Positions 18,795-29,725 of a stretch of 64,000 nucleotides of DNA are shown one piece after another. The stretch is from positions 9,354 through 73,353 of the forward strand of contig JAKEFG010000015.1 of assembly GCA_022616195.1 (NCBI GenBank), written 5' to 3'. Position numbers and translations under genes: made by a program. Origin of the DNA: Candidatus Wolfebacteria bacterium (GTDB lineage: Bacteria > Patescibacteriota > Minisyncoccia > Phycocordibacterales > EsbW-18). The stretch's first letter is position 1, and each line of letters begins with the position of its first letter. The notes beneath the pieces are model-generated. The model did not search any database. It was not told the origin of the DNA and saw nothing but the letters and a program-made list of their open reading frames with translations.

Positions 18795-19499
18795 ATGATT
18801 ACTTTCCATATCATCACCGTTTTCCCTGAAAGTATGGAGTCGTATCTCGCGACGTCCGTACTAGGGAGAGCTGTGAAAGAAGGACATATCGCCGTTCGTT
18901 TTTACAATCCTCGTGACTACACGGACGACTCGCATCAGACCGTTGACGACACTTCATACGGTGGGGGTGCGGGCATGGTCATGAAAGCACTTCCAATTGC
19001 AGAGGCGGTTGCCAAAGCACGTTCGGCTATTGGCGAAGGGAAGCGGATAAAGACGATACTTCTTTCTGCAAAGGGCGAGCAGTATATGCAACGGCACGCG
19101 GTCTTGTTTGCAAACAATTTTGATCACATTATTATCATTGCCGGACGATATGAAGGTATTGATGAACGGGTGATTTCAATGACCAGTGCAGAAGAACTTT
19201 CAGTCGGTCCGTACGTGCTGACTGACGGGGAGCTTCCCGCAATGACTCTTGTGTCGTCAGTGGCGCGCCTGCTCCCAGGTGTTATTTCGTTTGCCTCGCT
19301 TAGGGAAGAATCGCATTGGGACGAGCGGCTGAGGGACGAAGGGGCGGGGGCGCTTGAGTATCCGCACTACACTAAGCCGGAGGTCATTATCTATAAAGGA
19401 CATGAGTACCGTGTCCCAGAGGTTCTACTCTCGGGCAACCATAAGGAAATTGAAGTGTGGCGGAGCAAGCAAAGAAGAGGGGATTTGCCAAAAAGCTGA
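18795..19499 (+). CDS. trmD: tRNA (guanine37-N1)-methyltransferase
   Basis: SPOUT/TrmD motifs (ITVFPE, YGGGAGMVM, GRYEGIDERV); ATG 4 nt after TACAAT. Confidence 0.93.
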   Translation: MITFHIITVFPESMESYLATSVLGRAVKEGHIAVRFYNPRDYTDDSHQTVDDTSYGGGAGMVMKALPIAEAVAKARSAIGEGKRIKTILLSAKGEQYMQRHAVLFANNFDHIIIIAGRYEGIDERVISMTSAEELSVGPYVLTDGELPAMTLVSSVARLLPGVISFASLREESHWDERLRDEGAGALEYPHYTKPEVIIYKGHEYRVPEVLLSGNHKEIEVWRSKQRRGDLPKS

Positions 19500-19535
19500 T
19501 CGTGTGTCTTATCCACAGTTTATACACGCCGGTAA

Positions 19536-19564
19536 TTGACACCCAACGCACTTTCTATTAGAAT
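19536..19564 (+). promoter_or_regulatory. TTGACA-17nt-TAGAAT promoter, ~160-nt leader before rpoB
   Basis: perfect -35 and near-consensus -10. Confidence 0.55.
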
Positions 19565-19641
19565 GTCCCGGACGCTTTGGTGAGTGAGTTGTGGGGGGAA
19601 AGCGGCATTTTAATACCGTATATAAAAGGCATATTCGCATT

Positions 19642-19661
19642 TTGCTAGCGTTTTCTAGCAA
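19642..19661 (+). promoter_or_regulatory. perfect 7-bp inverted repeat TTGCTAG-cgtttt-CTAGCAA in the rpoB leader (possible operator or attenuator)
   Basis: exact palindrome; function unknown. Confidence 0.3.
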
Positions 19662-19725
19662 GTAGCTAGTTGTGCCGCACGTTCCTCTAATGAAGGGAGC
19701 GTGTGCTGTTTGTGTCTCCTTGTCT

Positions 19726-22700
19726 ATGCCTACAGAGCAAAAACACTTCGGAAAATACAAGAAGCCACTCGCACCGATGCCAAATCTTGTGGAGGAGCAA
19801 CTTCGCTCGTTCCGCAGCTTTCTTGCGAATGGGGTTACAGATATCTTCAAGGAGTTCTCACCACTCGCTGACTATTCAGGTAAGAAGTTTGAGTTGGCAT
19901 TCTCTGATATTACCATCGGCGAACCAAAATACGACGAAGAACACGCCAAAGAAAACAAGCGCACATATGAAGGGACCCTATCTGCGCAGGTGACACTCTT
20001 CAATAAAACACTTGGAACCAAAAAGGAACAGGAGATTTTCCTTGCCGATTTTCCGCTCATGACCGATCACGGGACGTTTATCTTTAACGGTGTCGAGCGG
20101 GTTATTGTACCCCAGCTCATTCGCTCATTTGGGGTTTTGTTTGGCTCACAAGATATAAAAGGACGCCAGTATTTTGGTGCAAAAATCATACCGTCACGCG
20201 GTGTTTGGATTGAGTTGGAGACGGATGCGCAGAATGTTATTTGGGTCCGTATTGACCGCAAGCGGAAATTCTCAGTCACGAGTCTACTGCGGGTGCTTGG
20301 TGCTAAGACGGACGCAAATATACGGGAACTCTTTAAAAAACACCCCGGAGCGAAGGAATACATCAATGCATCACTTGAGAAGGATGTAGCGACGAATCAA
20401 GACGAGTCGTTTGTTGAAATTCATCGCAAGCTTCGCGACGGTGATCTGGCGACGGTCGAGAACGCTCGTGAGTTAGTTAATTCAATCTTTAACGAAGATA
20501 GGTACGACCTCTCGGAAGTTGGACGATACCGTTTTAACCACCGATTTGGCAAGAGCACTGACCCTAAGGAATTGGGACGCCAGACAATTGACTTGGACGA
20601 TGTTACAACTATTGTCACACATATTATTGAGCTTAACAACACGCCGGGGGCGGTTGCAGACGATATTGATGACCTAGGCTCACGCCGTGTGCGCTATGTC
20701 GGCGAGATGCTTCAACACCGTCTTCGTGTCGGACTAACGCGCATGAAGCGGCAGACTCAGGACAGGATGTCTATTCTTGATGCAGAAACAACACTTCCTG
20801 TGCAGCTTGTCAATCCTCGTCCACTCACTGCTCAAATCAAGGAGTTTTTTAGTACCAACCAGCTTTCACAGTTTATGCAACAGGAGAATATCCTGCAGGA
20901 GATTGAACACCTCCGGACGTTTTCAGCGCTCGGTCCTGGCGGGCTCACGCGCGAGCGGGCTGGTTTTGAGGTTCGCGATGTACACCCATCACACTACGGG
21001 CGTCTCTGCCCAATCCACACACCTGAGGGTCCAAATATTGGTCTCATTCTTCACCTTGCAACATATGCACGCATTAATGATTTTGGCCTCATTGAAACTC
21101 CATATGCACGTGTTGCAGACGGTGTCATCACCGGCGAGGTGGTGTACTTGAATGCGCAGGACGAGGAACAATACCGCATTGCGCATGTGGCGACGCATTC
21201 CGATGAGACGGGAAACATTCTGGACGAAAAAGTAGAGGTTCGCTTCATGGGTAAGCCTGACTTGGTTGATCGAAGCCAGGTTGACTTCATTGACGTGGCA
21301 ACAAACCAAGCATATTCAATTGCAACATCACTCATTCCATTCTTGAATCACAATGATGCAAACCGTGCGCTTATGGGCTCCAACATGCAGAAGCAAGCGG
21401 TGCCGTGCATCAAGCCACAACCGCCATTGGTTGCGACTGGGATGGAGGCACAGGCAGCACGTGATTCTGGGCGAGTAGTACTTGCACGCGAGGCTGGCAC
21501 TGTTTCCTATGTTGACGCACGTATGGTGAGAGTGAAGGGTGAGAAAGGAAAAGATGAAGAATACCCCCTCGTCAATTTCTCTCGAACGAATAGTTTTACC
21601 GTGTTTCACCAGCGTCCGGCTGTGAGTGTCAATGATACGGTGAAGCGTGGTGATATGCTTGCTGATACTTCATCAACTACAGGCGGTCAACTCTCAATAG
21701 GGCAGAATGTGCTTGTCGCGTTTATGTCCTGGTCCGGCATGAACTTTGAAGATGCCATTGTGATTTCCGAGCGGCTGGTGAAGGACGATGTGTTTACATC
21801 AGTGCATACTGAAGAATTTCTCTGCAATGTTCGCGATACCAAACTTGGTCCGGAGGTGACGACGCACGATATCCCAAATGTTGGTGAGGCAAAACTCAAA
21901 AACCTTGATGAAGAGGGCATTATCCGTATTGGCTCGGAAGTCCGTCCGGGTGATATCCTGGTCGGCAAAGTAACACCTAAAGGTGAAACCCAGCTTACAC
22001 CTGAGGAGCGGCTCCTTCGTTCCATTTTTGGCGAGAAGGCAAAGGACGTGAAAGACACGTCGCTTCGGATGGAAGCAGGGAAGCGTGGCCGTGTTGTCGG
22101 TGTTAAGGTGTTCTCGCGCGAGCACGGTGATCAACTTGAGTCGGGCATCATCAAGAAAATCTTTATTGAGGTCGCGGAACTCCGTCGTGTGCAGGTTGGT
22201 GATAAACTCGCCGGTCGTCACGGCAACAAAGGCGTTATTGCTAAAGTGCTCGCAGCAGAAGATATGCCGTATATGGAGGACGGCACGCCGGTTGACCTTA
22301 TCGTGACACCTCTCGGTGTGCCCTCGCGCATGAACCTGGGACAAATTCTTGAAATCCACCTCGGTCTGGCCGCTCACACCCTGAACTATCAAGCGATTGT
22401 TCCGGCGTTTGCAGGTGCCACAGAATCGGAGATTAGAGATGAACTCAAGGCGGCGGGCTTTCCCGAAAGTGGCAAAGTGCCACTTCGTGATGGGCGTACC
22501 GGTAAGAAGTTTGATAAGGATATTGCGCTTGGGTATATGTATATGCTCAAACTTGAACATATGGTTGAGGATAAAATTCACATGCGTTCAATTGGTCCGT
22601 ATTCGCTCATTACCCAACAGCCCTTGGGCGGGCGGGCACAGCGTGGCGGCCAGCGGTTTGGCGAGATGGAGGTCTGGGCGCTCCTCGGGCACGGTGCGGC

Positions 22701-22872
22701 ATATACGTTGCGAGAGATGCTTACGATGAAGTCGGATGATATTCTCGGACGCTCGGCAATGTTTGATGCGATTGTAAAAGGTGAGCCGATTCGTCCCCCA
22801 AACATCCCAGCATCGTTTAATGTACTCGTGCACTATCTGCGCGGGTTATCGCTTGATATAGATTTTCGCTAA
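19726..22872 (+). CDS. rpoB: DNA-directed RNA polymerase subunit beta
   Basis: 1049 aa; rifampicin-cluster region (FFSTNQLSQFMQQENILQEIEHLRTFSALGPGGL), GNKGV, catalytic motifs. Confidence 0.97.
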   Translation: MPTEQKHFGKYKKPLAPMPNLVEEQLRSFRSFLANGVTDIFKEFSPLADYSGKKFELAFSDITIGEPKYDEEHAKENKRTYEGTLSAQVTLFNKTLGTKKEQEIFLADFPLMTDHGTFIFNGVERVIVPQLIRSFGVLFGSQDIKGRQYFGAKIIPSRGVWIELETDAQNVIWVRIDRKRKFSVTSLLRVLGAKTDANIRELFKKHPGAKEYINASLEKDVATNQDESFVEIHRKLRDGDLATVENARELVNSIFNEDRYDLSEVGRYRFNHRFGKSTDPKELGRQTIDLDDVTTIVTHIIELNNTPGAVADDIDDLGSRRVRYVGEMLQHRLRVGLTRMKRQTQDRMSILDAETTLPVQLVNPRPLTAQIKEFFSTNQLSQFMQQENILQEIEHLRTFSALGPGGLTRERAGFEVRDVHPSHYGRLCPIHTPEGPNIGLILHLATYARINDFGLIETPYARVADGVITGEVVYLNAQDEEQYRIAHVATHSDETGNILDEKVEVRFMGKPDLVDRSQVDFIDVATNQAYSIATSLIPFLNHNDANRALMGSNMQKQAVPCIKPQPPLVATGMEAQAARDSGRVVLAREAGTVSYVDARMVRVKGEKGKDEEYPLVNFSRTNSFTVFHQRPAVSVNDTVKRGDMLADTSSTTGGQLSIGQNVLVAFMSWSGMNFEDAIVISERLVKDDVFTSVHTEEFLCNVRDTKLGPEVTTHDIPNVGEAKLKNLDEEGIIRIGSEVRPGDILVGKVTPKGETQLTPEERLLRSIFGEKAKDVKDTSLRMEAGKRGRVVGVKVFSREHGDQLESGIIKKIFIEVAELRRVQVGDKLAGRHGNKGVIAKVLAAEDMPYMEDGTPVDLIVTPLGVPSRMNLGQILEIHLGLAAHTLNYQAIVPAFAGATESEIRDELKAAGFPESGKVPLRDGRTGKKFDKDIALGYMYMLKLEHMVEDKIHMRSIGPYSLITQQPLGGRAQRGGQRFGEMEVWALLGHGAAYTLREMLTMKSDDILGRSAMFDAIVKGEPIRPPNIPASFNVLVHYLRGLSLDIDFR

Positions 22873-22877
22873 CATAT

Positions 22878-25800
22878 ATGGAGAAGAAACGAGGAGATAT
22901 TCCACGAGAGTTCAACGAGATGTTCCTTCGGCTTGCGAGTCCGGAGCGGATCTTGGAGTGGTCATATGGCGAAGTGACCAAACCGGAAACAATCAACTAC
23001 CGTACGCAGCGAAGCGAAAAGAACGGACTCTTTGACGAAAAGATTTTTGGTCCCGAGAAGGACTTTGAGTGCTATTGCGGCAAGTACCGTGGCATTCGTT
23101 ATCGCGGTATTATTTGTGAGAAGTGCGGTGTTGAAGTAACACGTTCTATCGTCCGCCGCGAACGCATGGGACATATTGAGCTCGCAACACCCGTTGCACA
23201 CATTTGGTTTCTTCGGAACATCCCGTCGCGCATGGCGCTTCTTTTAGGTGTCTCGGCGCCGGACTTGGAGAAGGTAGTCTACTTCGCTGCGTATATCGTG
23301 ACGGCAATCTCTGAAGATGAGCGTGTCCGCCTTCTCAAGGACTTGGAATCTGAGTACAAGAGCAAGACAAAATCACTTCAGGACGCAAAATCAAAATCGG
23401 CCTTGAAGGAAGCATATCTCGGAGCGAAACGTGATATTCAGAGTATACGGGTTGGGAGTATTATTGATGACGCGACGTATGCGCGTTTCAGCATGAAGTA
23501 CGGCTCGCTTTTTGAGGCGGCGACTGGTGCAGAAGCTATTCACGCGATTTTCAATACCATTGATCTCAAGAAACTTGCTAAGGAAGTGGAGGCGGAACTT
23601 GCCGAGGGTAAGGCGGCAGACAGTAAAAAGCTTAAGAAACGGTTGTCACTCATTAACGCAATGATTCGCTCAAAGGTGCGTCCAGAGTGGATGTTTGTAA
23701 CCATACTCCCGGTCATCCCTGCGGCGATTCGTCCGATGGTGGCGCTTGAGGGCGGACGTCATGCGACGAGTGATTTAAACGACCTCTACCGACGCGTCAT
23801 CAATCGCAACAACCGCCTCAAAAAATTAGTGGACATTAAAGCGCCGGCGGTCATTTTACGGAATGAAAAGCGCATCTTGCAAGAGGCGGTAGACGCGCTA
23901 ATTGACAACTCAATGAGACAGGGGAGCTCGTATTCGGTGATGAGTCAGGCACAGCGCCGTCCTCTGAAATCGCTTGCAGACAATCTCTCCCGCAAGCAGG
24001 GTATTTTCAGACAGAACCTTCTTGGGAAACGCGTTGACTACTCAGGGCGTTCTGTCATCGTGGTCGGCCCTGAACTTCATCTCGACCAGTGTGGCCTGCC
24101 GAAACACATGGCGCTTGAGCTCTTCCGTCCGTTTGTCATCCAAAAACTTTTGGAACGTGAGTATGCATTTAACATTCGCGGTGCAGGACGTCTGATTGAT
24201 GAGAGAACTCCGGAAGTGTGGGAGATTCTTGAGGAAGTTATTACTGACAAGTACGTACTCTTGAACCGTGCACCGACTCTCCACCGGCTCGGCATTCAAG
24301 CATTCCGTCCCGTTCTCATCGAAGGCGAGGCGATTCAGATTCACCCGCTTGTTGTTCAGGCGTTCAATGCCGACTTTGACGGTGACCAGATGGCAGTACA
24401 TGTGCCGCTCTCTAAGGAAGCCCAGAAAGAGGCAGAGATGATTATGTCAGCAAGTCGGAATCTCCTTCGCCCCGGATCAGGCGCTCCGATTGTCTCCATA
24501 GCACACCAGGACATCATTCTTGGGTGTTATTGGATGACCAAGATCGTGGAGGGTGAGAAGGGTGAGGGGAAAGCGTTCGAGTCGCCGAACGCTGCCATCA
24601 CCGCGTTTAATTTTGACAACGTGTCGCTTCGAGCGAAGATTTTTGTCAAGCCGACAGGGAAAGAAAAATATTCACCTTTCGGGGGCAACCGGTTTGAAAC
24701 ATCGATTGGCCGACTCTTGTTCAACGGTGTCTTGCCTGATGACTATGCATTCATTAACGCCGAGATTACCAAGAAGGAAATGGGCAAAATTGTTGCAACA
24801 ATTATCGCTCGGTATGACCATGAGACGGTCACAGAGATTTTAGACAAAATAAAAGCGTTTGGTTTCCGATATACGACAGCATCGGGTATCACGTTCGGGT
24901 TGGGGGACATTCCAATTCCAAAGGCCAAAAAAGAACTTGTTGACAGGGCAATCGCTGCCTCAGGCGAGGTACACGCGCAGTATGAAGACGGGCTGTTGTC
25001 CGAGGACGAGCGATATCGGCAAAATATTGAGATTTGGCATGGGTTGCGTGCTGAGATGGAGCGTGCGGTTGATGACACGCTTGATGCGCAGAGCTCTATT
25101 AATGATATGTGGCGCTCGGGTGCCCGCGGCTCACTCTCACAAATCACCAATATGGCGGGAATGAAAGGCCTCATCGCTGGGCCGCAGGGACGCATTATTG
25201 AGTTTCCGATCCTCTCATCAAACAAAGAGGGACTTACACCGATCGAGTACTTTATTACAACCCACGGTTCTCGGAAGGGACTCGGTGATACCGCGCTCAA
25301 CACGTCACGATCAGGATATCTAACGCGTCGTCTCTTTGATGTTTCACAGGATGTGGTAATTACTGAAGAGGACTGTAAAACAAAAGGCGGTATTGTAATC
25401 AAGCATCAAAACCTTGGCGGCATTGAAGTACCACTCACCAAAGGTCTCGCTGGCAGATTTCTTGCAGATACAGTGAAGGATACAGACGGTACTATCTTGT
25501 TCAAACGAAACGACTACATGACGGAGGAGTACGCGGAAACCATTGCATCGGCAGGTATTGAGGAGGTCTTTGTACGCTCACCTATGACCTGCGAGTCAGT
25601 TGAGGGTATTTGCGTACGTTGCTATGGGCGTGATATGGGACGCAATGATCCTGTATCACTCGGCGAAGCGGTCGGAACGATTGCCGCGCAGTCTATTGGA
25701 GAGCCGGCAACTCAGCTCACCATGCGCACGTTTCATGCCGGGGGAACCGCGAGCGTCGGGGGTGACATTGTGCAAGGTCTTCCGCGCGTGGAAGAAATTT

Positions 25801-26546
25801 TCGAGTGCCGCCCGCCGAAGAACCCCGCAATCATTGCTGACGTTGCAGGGACGGTCACGGACATTATAGATACTGGGAAAGAGAAAATCATTACCGTTCT
25901 TTCAAATGCGACGGATATCAAGAAAAAGAAGGAGGGGAAGACTGAGGCAACCGAGTATGGCATACATCGCTATCGTATGTCGCTGGTAAAAAAGGGCGAC
26001 ACGGTGGAAAAGGGAGAATTGCTAACCGATGGGTCAGCGGACCTCCAGAAACTTTTCAAGCTTGCAGGCAAGGAGAAGACGCAGGAATACATCATTTCCG
26101 AAATCAGCAAAATCTATGAATTGCAGGGAGCATCGGTTGCTCGTCCGCATATTGAGGTTATCGTCCGACAGATGTTCTCTCGTTATAAAGTGACTCATTC
26201 CGGCGATACGGATTTCTCTGTAGGTGATGTTGTCGAACAAAGTGAACTTACTCGCGTGAATGAAGAAATAAACAATAAAGGTGGTACGGAGGCAAAAGCG
26301 CGCCAGCTTATCATGGGTATCGCGTCAGTGGCACTCTCACGACGAAGTTTTCTCTCGGCGGCATCGTTCCAGAACACAAACCGTGTTCTGATTGACGCGG
26401 CGCTTCGGGGGAGCTCTGATCCCATCAAAGGTCTCAAAGAGAACGTTATCGTCGGCCGTTTGATCCCTGCCGGAACCGGCTATGCGGGAAGTCCCAAGTG
26501 GGAGCTTGTGCACAATCTTCGAGACGAGGAGGATGTCGACGAGTAA
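22878..26546 (+). CDS. rpoC: DNA-directed RNA polymerase subunit beta'
   Basis: NADFDGD catalytic motif, zinc-binding CxxC pairs, bridge helix. Confidence 0.97.
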   Translation: MEKKRGDIPREFNEMFLRLASPERILEWSYGEVTKPETINYRTQRSEKNGLFDEKIFGPEKDFECYCGKYRGIRYRGIICEKCGVEVTRSIVRRERMGHIELATPVAHIWFLRNIPSRMALLLGVSAPDLEKVVYFAAYIVTAISEDERVRLLKDLESEYKSKTKSLQDAKSKSALKEAYLGAKRDIQSIRVGSIIDDATYARFSMKYGSLFEAATGAEAIHAIFNTIDLKKLAKEVEAELAEGKAADSKKLKKRLSLINAMIRSKVRPEWMFVTILPVIPAAIRPMVALEGGRHATSDLNDLYRRVINRNNRLKKLVDIKAPAVILRNEKRILQEAVDALIDNSMRQGSSYSVMSQAQRRPLKSLADNLSRKQGIFRQNLLGKRVDYSGRSVIVVGPELHLDQCGLPKHMALELFRPFVIQKLLEREYAFNIRGAGRLIDERTPEVWEILEEVITDKYVLLNRAPTLHRLGIQAFRPVLIEGEAIQIHPLVVQAFNADFDGDQMAVHVPLSKEAQKEAEMIMSASRNLLRPGSGAPIVSIAHQDIILGCYWMTKIVEGEKGEGKAFESPNAAITAFNFDNVSLRAKIFVKPTGKEKYSPFGGNRFETSIGRLLFNGVLPDDYAFINAEITKKEMGKIVATIIARYDHETVTEILDKIKAFGFRYTTASGITFGLGDIPIPKAKKELVDRAIAASGEVHAQYEDGLLSEDERYRQNIEIWHGLRAEMERAVDDTLDAQSSINDMWRSGARGSLSQITNMAGMKGLIAGPQGRIIEFPILSSNKEGLTPIEYFITTHGSRKGLGDTALNTSRSGYLTRRLFDVSQDVVITEEDCKTKGGIVIKHQNLGGIEVPLTKGLAGRFLADTVKDTDGTILFKRNDYMTEEYAETIASAGIEEVFVRSPMTCESVEGICVRCYGRDMGRNDPVSLGEAVGTIAAQSIGEPATQLTMRTFHAGGTASVGGDIVQGLPRVEEIFECRPPKNPAIIADVAGTVTDIIDTGKEKIITVLSNATDIKKKKEGKTEATEYGIHRYRMSLVKKGDTVEKGELLTDGSADLQKLFKLAGKEKTQEYIISEISKIYELQGASVARPHIEVIVRQMFSRYKVTHSGDTDFSVGDVVEQSELTRVNEEINNKGGTEAKARQLIMGIASVALSRRSFLSAASFQNTNRVLIDAALRGSSDPIKGLKENVIVGRLIPAGTGYAGSPKWELVHNLRDEEDVDE

Positions 26547-26614
26547 CGTTCCTTACAATACAACAGTTCTGAGACAGCGTTATGTGTGAAACACCGTAGA
26601 TCTGTGACTTGTCT

Positions 26615-28285
26615 ATGAGCACAACCGTAGAACAAATTAAAGAACGACTCTCTATTCAGGATGTAGTGGGGAGCTACGTCAAACTTGATCGTGCCGGGAA
26701 AAATCTAAAGGCGGCGTGTCCGTTTCACAACGAGAAGACCCCGTCCTTTTTTGTCTCTCCTGAGCGCGGTTCATACTACTGCTTTGGGTGCGGTGCTAAA
26801 GGCGATGTCTTCACGTTTGTTGAGGAGTTCGAGGGGACTGATTTTCAGGGGGCTCTCAAGCTGCTCGCGGAACGCGCCGGTGTCGAGATAACCTACGGTT
26901 GGTCCGGACGGGGAAATCATCGCGAGAAAGACCGGCTTCATGAGGCAATGGAGAGCGCGACTGAGTTCTTTGAAAAAAATCTGATAGAAAACACAGCGGC
27001 ACAAGCATACCTGTCGGAGCGCGGTGTAACCGAGAAGTCAATTACTGACTTTCGGTTGGGCTACGCACGAGACGAGTGGCGGAGACTCTACAGCAGGCTC
27101 TCACAAAAAGGATTTACTGACGGTGAACTCCTCACGGCAGGCCTCATTAAACGACGTGAGAACGGGGCAGGGTACTACGACACCTTTCGGGGACGGATTA
27201 TGTTTCCCATCAGCGACACCTCAGGGCGTCCCGTTGCGTTCTCTGGACGGGTGTTTCCACCAATCCCGGATGGAGAAGAGGCGGTTGGGGAACGGGCGGC
27301 AAAGTATGTTAATAACCCCGAGACGCCACTCTTTCACAAGTCACGGGTGCTCTACGGCTATGACCACGCTAAAAGTGCAATGCGAAAATATGATTTCTGT
27401 ATTGTTGTTGAGGGACAGACCGATGTTATCATGAGCCACCAAACAGAATTCAAGAACACGGTAGCGCCCCTGGGTACGGCACTAACCCGCGACCATCTGG
27501 AGAGCATCAGGCGTCTCTCCAACAACCTCATTCTTGCGCTTGATGCTGATACGGCGGGTACTGCCTCGGCGGGTCGCGGAGCGGAGCTCGCGCTCGCGAT
27601 GGGGTTTGACGTAAAGGTGGCAAAACTTCCGAAGGGGAGTGACCCCGCGGATGTTATTAAGGAAGACCCGGAATTGTGGCGGAGCGCTATCCGCGAAGCG
27701 ACCCACATAGTCGAGTTTCTGATGAGTGTTGTTGCCGAGTCCGCCAAGGATGTGCGTGCGTTTGCGCTTGCGGTGCGAAAGACGGTTCTCCCGTATATTG
27801 GGCGGATTGATAACAAGATTGACCAAGCACACTTCGTCAAGCTCGTCGCGGAAAAGCTTGGGGTGAGCGAGCGGAGCGTACAAACGGAGGTTGAAAAGCT
27901 CGCACGCGAAAACGTTTCAGAGACACCACACACGGCACCCGCTACGCCCGACGTGAAGCACAGTGACCGCGTGCGCAGACTACTGGTACTGCTTATATGG
28001 CAGAAGAGGCTTGACGTCCCGGAGCTCGACGTACCGAGCATTACCAAGCGGCTTCTTGAGTTTACGGGAGCGGACTCGCTTGAAACGCTCATGGCGCGCT
28101 ATGGAGAAGAGATTTTGTTCGCGGCAGATCTCGAGACCGAGTCGCCGGTGAAGGAAGTGGCGGAATTACTGAAACTTCTCGAGATAACACACCTTGAGGA
28201 CAAGCGCGAGAAAGCTCGGGACAAGGACATGAAAGAGTTTCAGGAACTCTCCAAGAAGAAAGACGAACTTAAGCGAAACGCGTAG
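26615..28285 (+). CDS. dnaG: DNA primase
   Basis: zinc ribbon (CPFHNEKTPSFFV..YYCFGCGAKGD), TOPRIM (VVEGQTDV..LALDADTAG); ORF-track start 26609 is TTG. Confidence 0.92.
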   Translation: MSTTVEQIKERLSIQDVVGSYVKLDRAGKNLKAACPFHNEKTPSFFVSPERGSYYCFGCGAKGDVFTFVEEFEGTDFQGALKLLAERAGVEITYGWSGRGNHREKDRLHEAMESATEFFEKNLIENTAAQAYLSERGVTEKSITDFRLGYARDEWRRLYSRLSQKGFTDGELLTAGLIKRRENGAGYYDTFRGRIMFPISDTSGRPVAFSGRVFPPIPDGEEAVGERAAKYVNNPETPLFHKSRVLYGYDHAKSAMRKYDFCIVVEGQTDVIMSHQTEFKNTVAPLGTALTRDHLESIRRLSNNLILALDADTAGTASAGRGAELALAMGFDVKVAKLPKGSDPADVIKEDPELWRSAIREATHIVEFLMSVVAESAKDVRAFALAVRKTVLPYIGRIDNKIDQAHFVKLVAEKLGVSERSVQTEVEKLARENVSETPHTAPATPDVKHSDRVRRLLVLLIWQKRLDVPELDVPSITKRLLEFTGADSLETLMARYGEEILFAADLETESPVKEVAELLKLLEITHLEDKREKARDKDMKEFQELSKKKDELKRNA

Positions 28286-28301
28286 TTTTTAGTTTGTATA
28301 C

Positions 28302-29579
28302 ATGGCGGTACATAAGAAAAAAAAGAATACGGGGACAGCAAAACGCACGGCGAGACGTGCGATATCGCGACGTGCCACAGGGTCGCGGAAGACCAAGGCA
28401 AAAGGCACACGTTCACGCGCTTCTGTGCGGAAAGGTCGTGTTCGCACACAACCGAAGGTGAAAACCGTCGTAGCAAAGAAGACGCCGGAGAAAGCGGCGA
28501 AGCAAACCAAGCGCGAGCGGGAGTTCTGGAAGCGTGCGGAGAAGCTCTTTGTCAAAGGACGCGAGCGCGGTTTTATTACCTATGACGAAATTCTTAAGGA
28601 GTTTCCGAGAGTTGAGGATGACGTGCTCTTTCTGGAACAACTCTACGATTCACTCGGTGCTGAAACTATTGACGTACTTGAAAGTGGGGGGCTTCTTGAT
28701 CTTGGTGACACGGGGCGGGAGAAAAATGTTTATGAGCGCGGGGCGAGCGGGTACGATTCCATACAAATGTACCTCCGCGAAATCGGTCAGTATGAGCTTA
28801 TTACTGCTTCCAAGGAGCGCGAACTTGCCAAGCGTATTGAAGAAGGGGATGAAGAAGCAAAAAACCTCCTCGCGCGTGCCAACCTGCGACTCGTTGTCTC
28901 CATTGCGAAGAAATATGCGAACCGAAGCCCGAACCTCACGCTTCTCGACCTCATCCAAGAAGGAAACATCGGCCTCTTCAAGGCAGTGGAGAAGTTTGAC
29001 TGGCGCAAAGGGTATAAGTTCTCGACGTATGCGACCTGGTGGATTCGTCAGGCAGTGACGCGCGCGATTGCCGACCAGTCACGGACTATCCGCATTCCGG
29101 TGCACATGGTGGAAACGATTGCCAAATACAAGCGCATCTCACGGCGTATGGCGCAGGACCTCGGGCGCGACCCCATGCCGGAGGAAATTGCGCTTGAGAT
29201 GGGGTTGGATGTTGAAAAAATCCACCACATTGAAAAAATAAACCAGAACGTCGTCCCGCTAGAAACGCCGGTGGGCAAAGACGAGGACGGGAGCTCCACA
29301 CTCGGTGACTTTATTGCCGACGATACCATAGAATCGCCGGATACCGACGCGTCGCGCCGTATTTTGACGACGCAGATTTCCGAAGTGCTGAATGAACTCT
29401 CGCCTAAGGAGCGAAAAATTCTTGAGATGCGCGCGGGGCTTATGGACGGCATCCCGCACACGCTTGAAGAAGTGGGGAAGGAGTTTGGTGTCACCCGCGA
29501 GCGCATCCGGCAGATTGAGGCGAAGGCACATGAAAAAATCCGCCAGCACCAACGGGCTTCAAAACTGAGGAATTATTAA
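28302..29579 (+). CDS. rpoD: RNA polymerase primary sigma factor (sigma-70) with lysine/arginine-rich N-terminal extension
   Basis: region 2.4 [27 protein letters not shown]; region 4 HTH ([23 protein letters not shown]). Confidence 0.95.
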   Translation: MAVHKKKKNTGTAKRTARRAISRRATGSRKTKAKGTRSRASVRKGRVRTQPKVKTVVAKKTPEKAAKQTKREREFWKRAEKLFVKGRERGFITYDEILKEFPRVEDDVLFLEQLYDSLGAETIDVLESGGLLDLGDTGREKNVYERGASGYDSIQMYLREIGQYELITASKERELAKRIEEGDEEAKNLLARANLRLVVSIAKKYANRSPNLTLLDLIQEGNIGLFKAVEKFDWRKGYKFSTYATWWIRQAVTRAIADQSRTIRIPVHMVETIAKYKRISRRMAQDLGRDPMPEEIALEMGLDVEKIHHIEKINQNVVPLETPVGKDEDGSSTLGDFIADDTIESPDTDASRRILTTQISEVLNELSPKERKILEMRAGLMDGIPHTLEEVGKEFGVTRERIRQIEAKAHEKIRQHQRASKLRNY

Positions 29580-29725
29580 CCGCTCGCGCGTTAGTGCAAT
29601 ATGCGGTTAGTAACCGAACACTCAACGGGTTGAGTGCTCTGGTATAAAAGCAACGAACCCCACCCGACCGCGGTGAGCCGAGTGGGGCTCGTGCGGGGGT
29701 GGGGCTGGGCGGCGTGTAGCCGCAG

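Noticed and set aside
21799-22581. 260-aa minus-strand ORF inside rpoB (and similar 24743-25402 inside rpoC, 27358-28092 inside dnaG, 15610-16437 alternate frame in rnr)
   Set aside because: They overlap highly conserved housekeeping genes on the opposite strand or in an alternate frame. These are typical spurious long ORFs.
29580-29725. Long-range GC-rich stem (ccccacccg...cgggggtgggg) between convergent rpoD and the 29726-30088 gene as a distinct element
   Set aside because: Most simply a bidirectional terminator region between convergent genes. No further structure or coding potential recognised.
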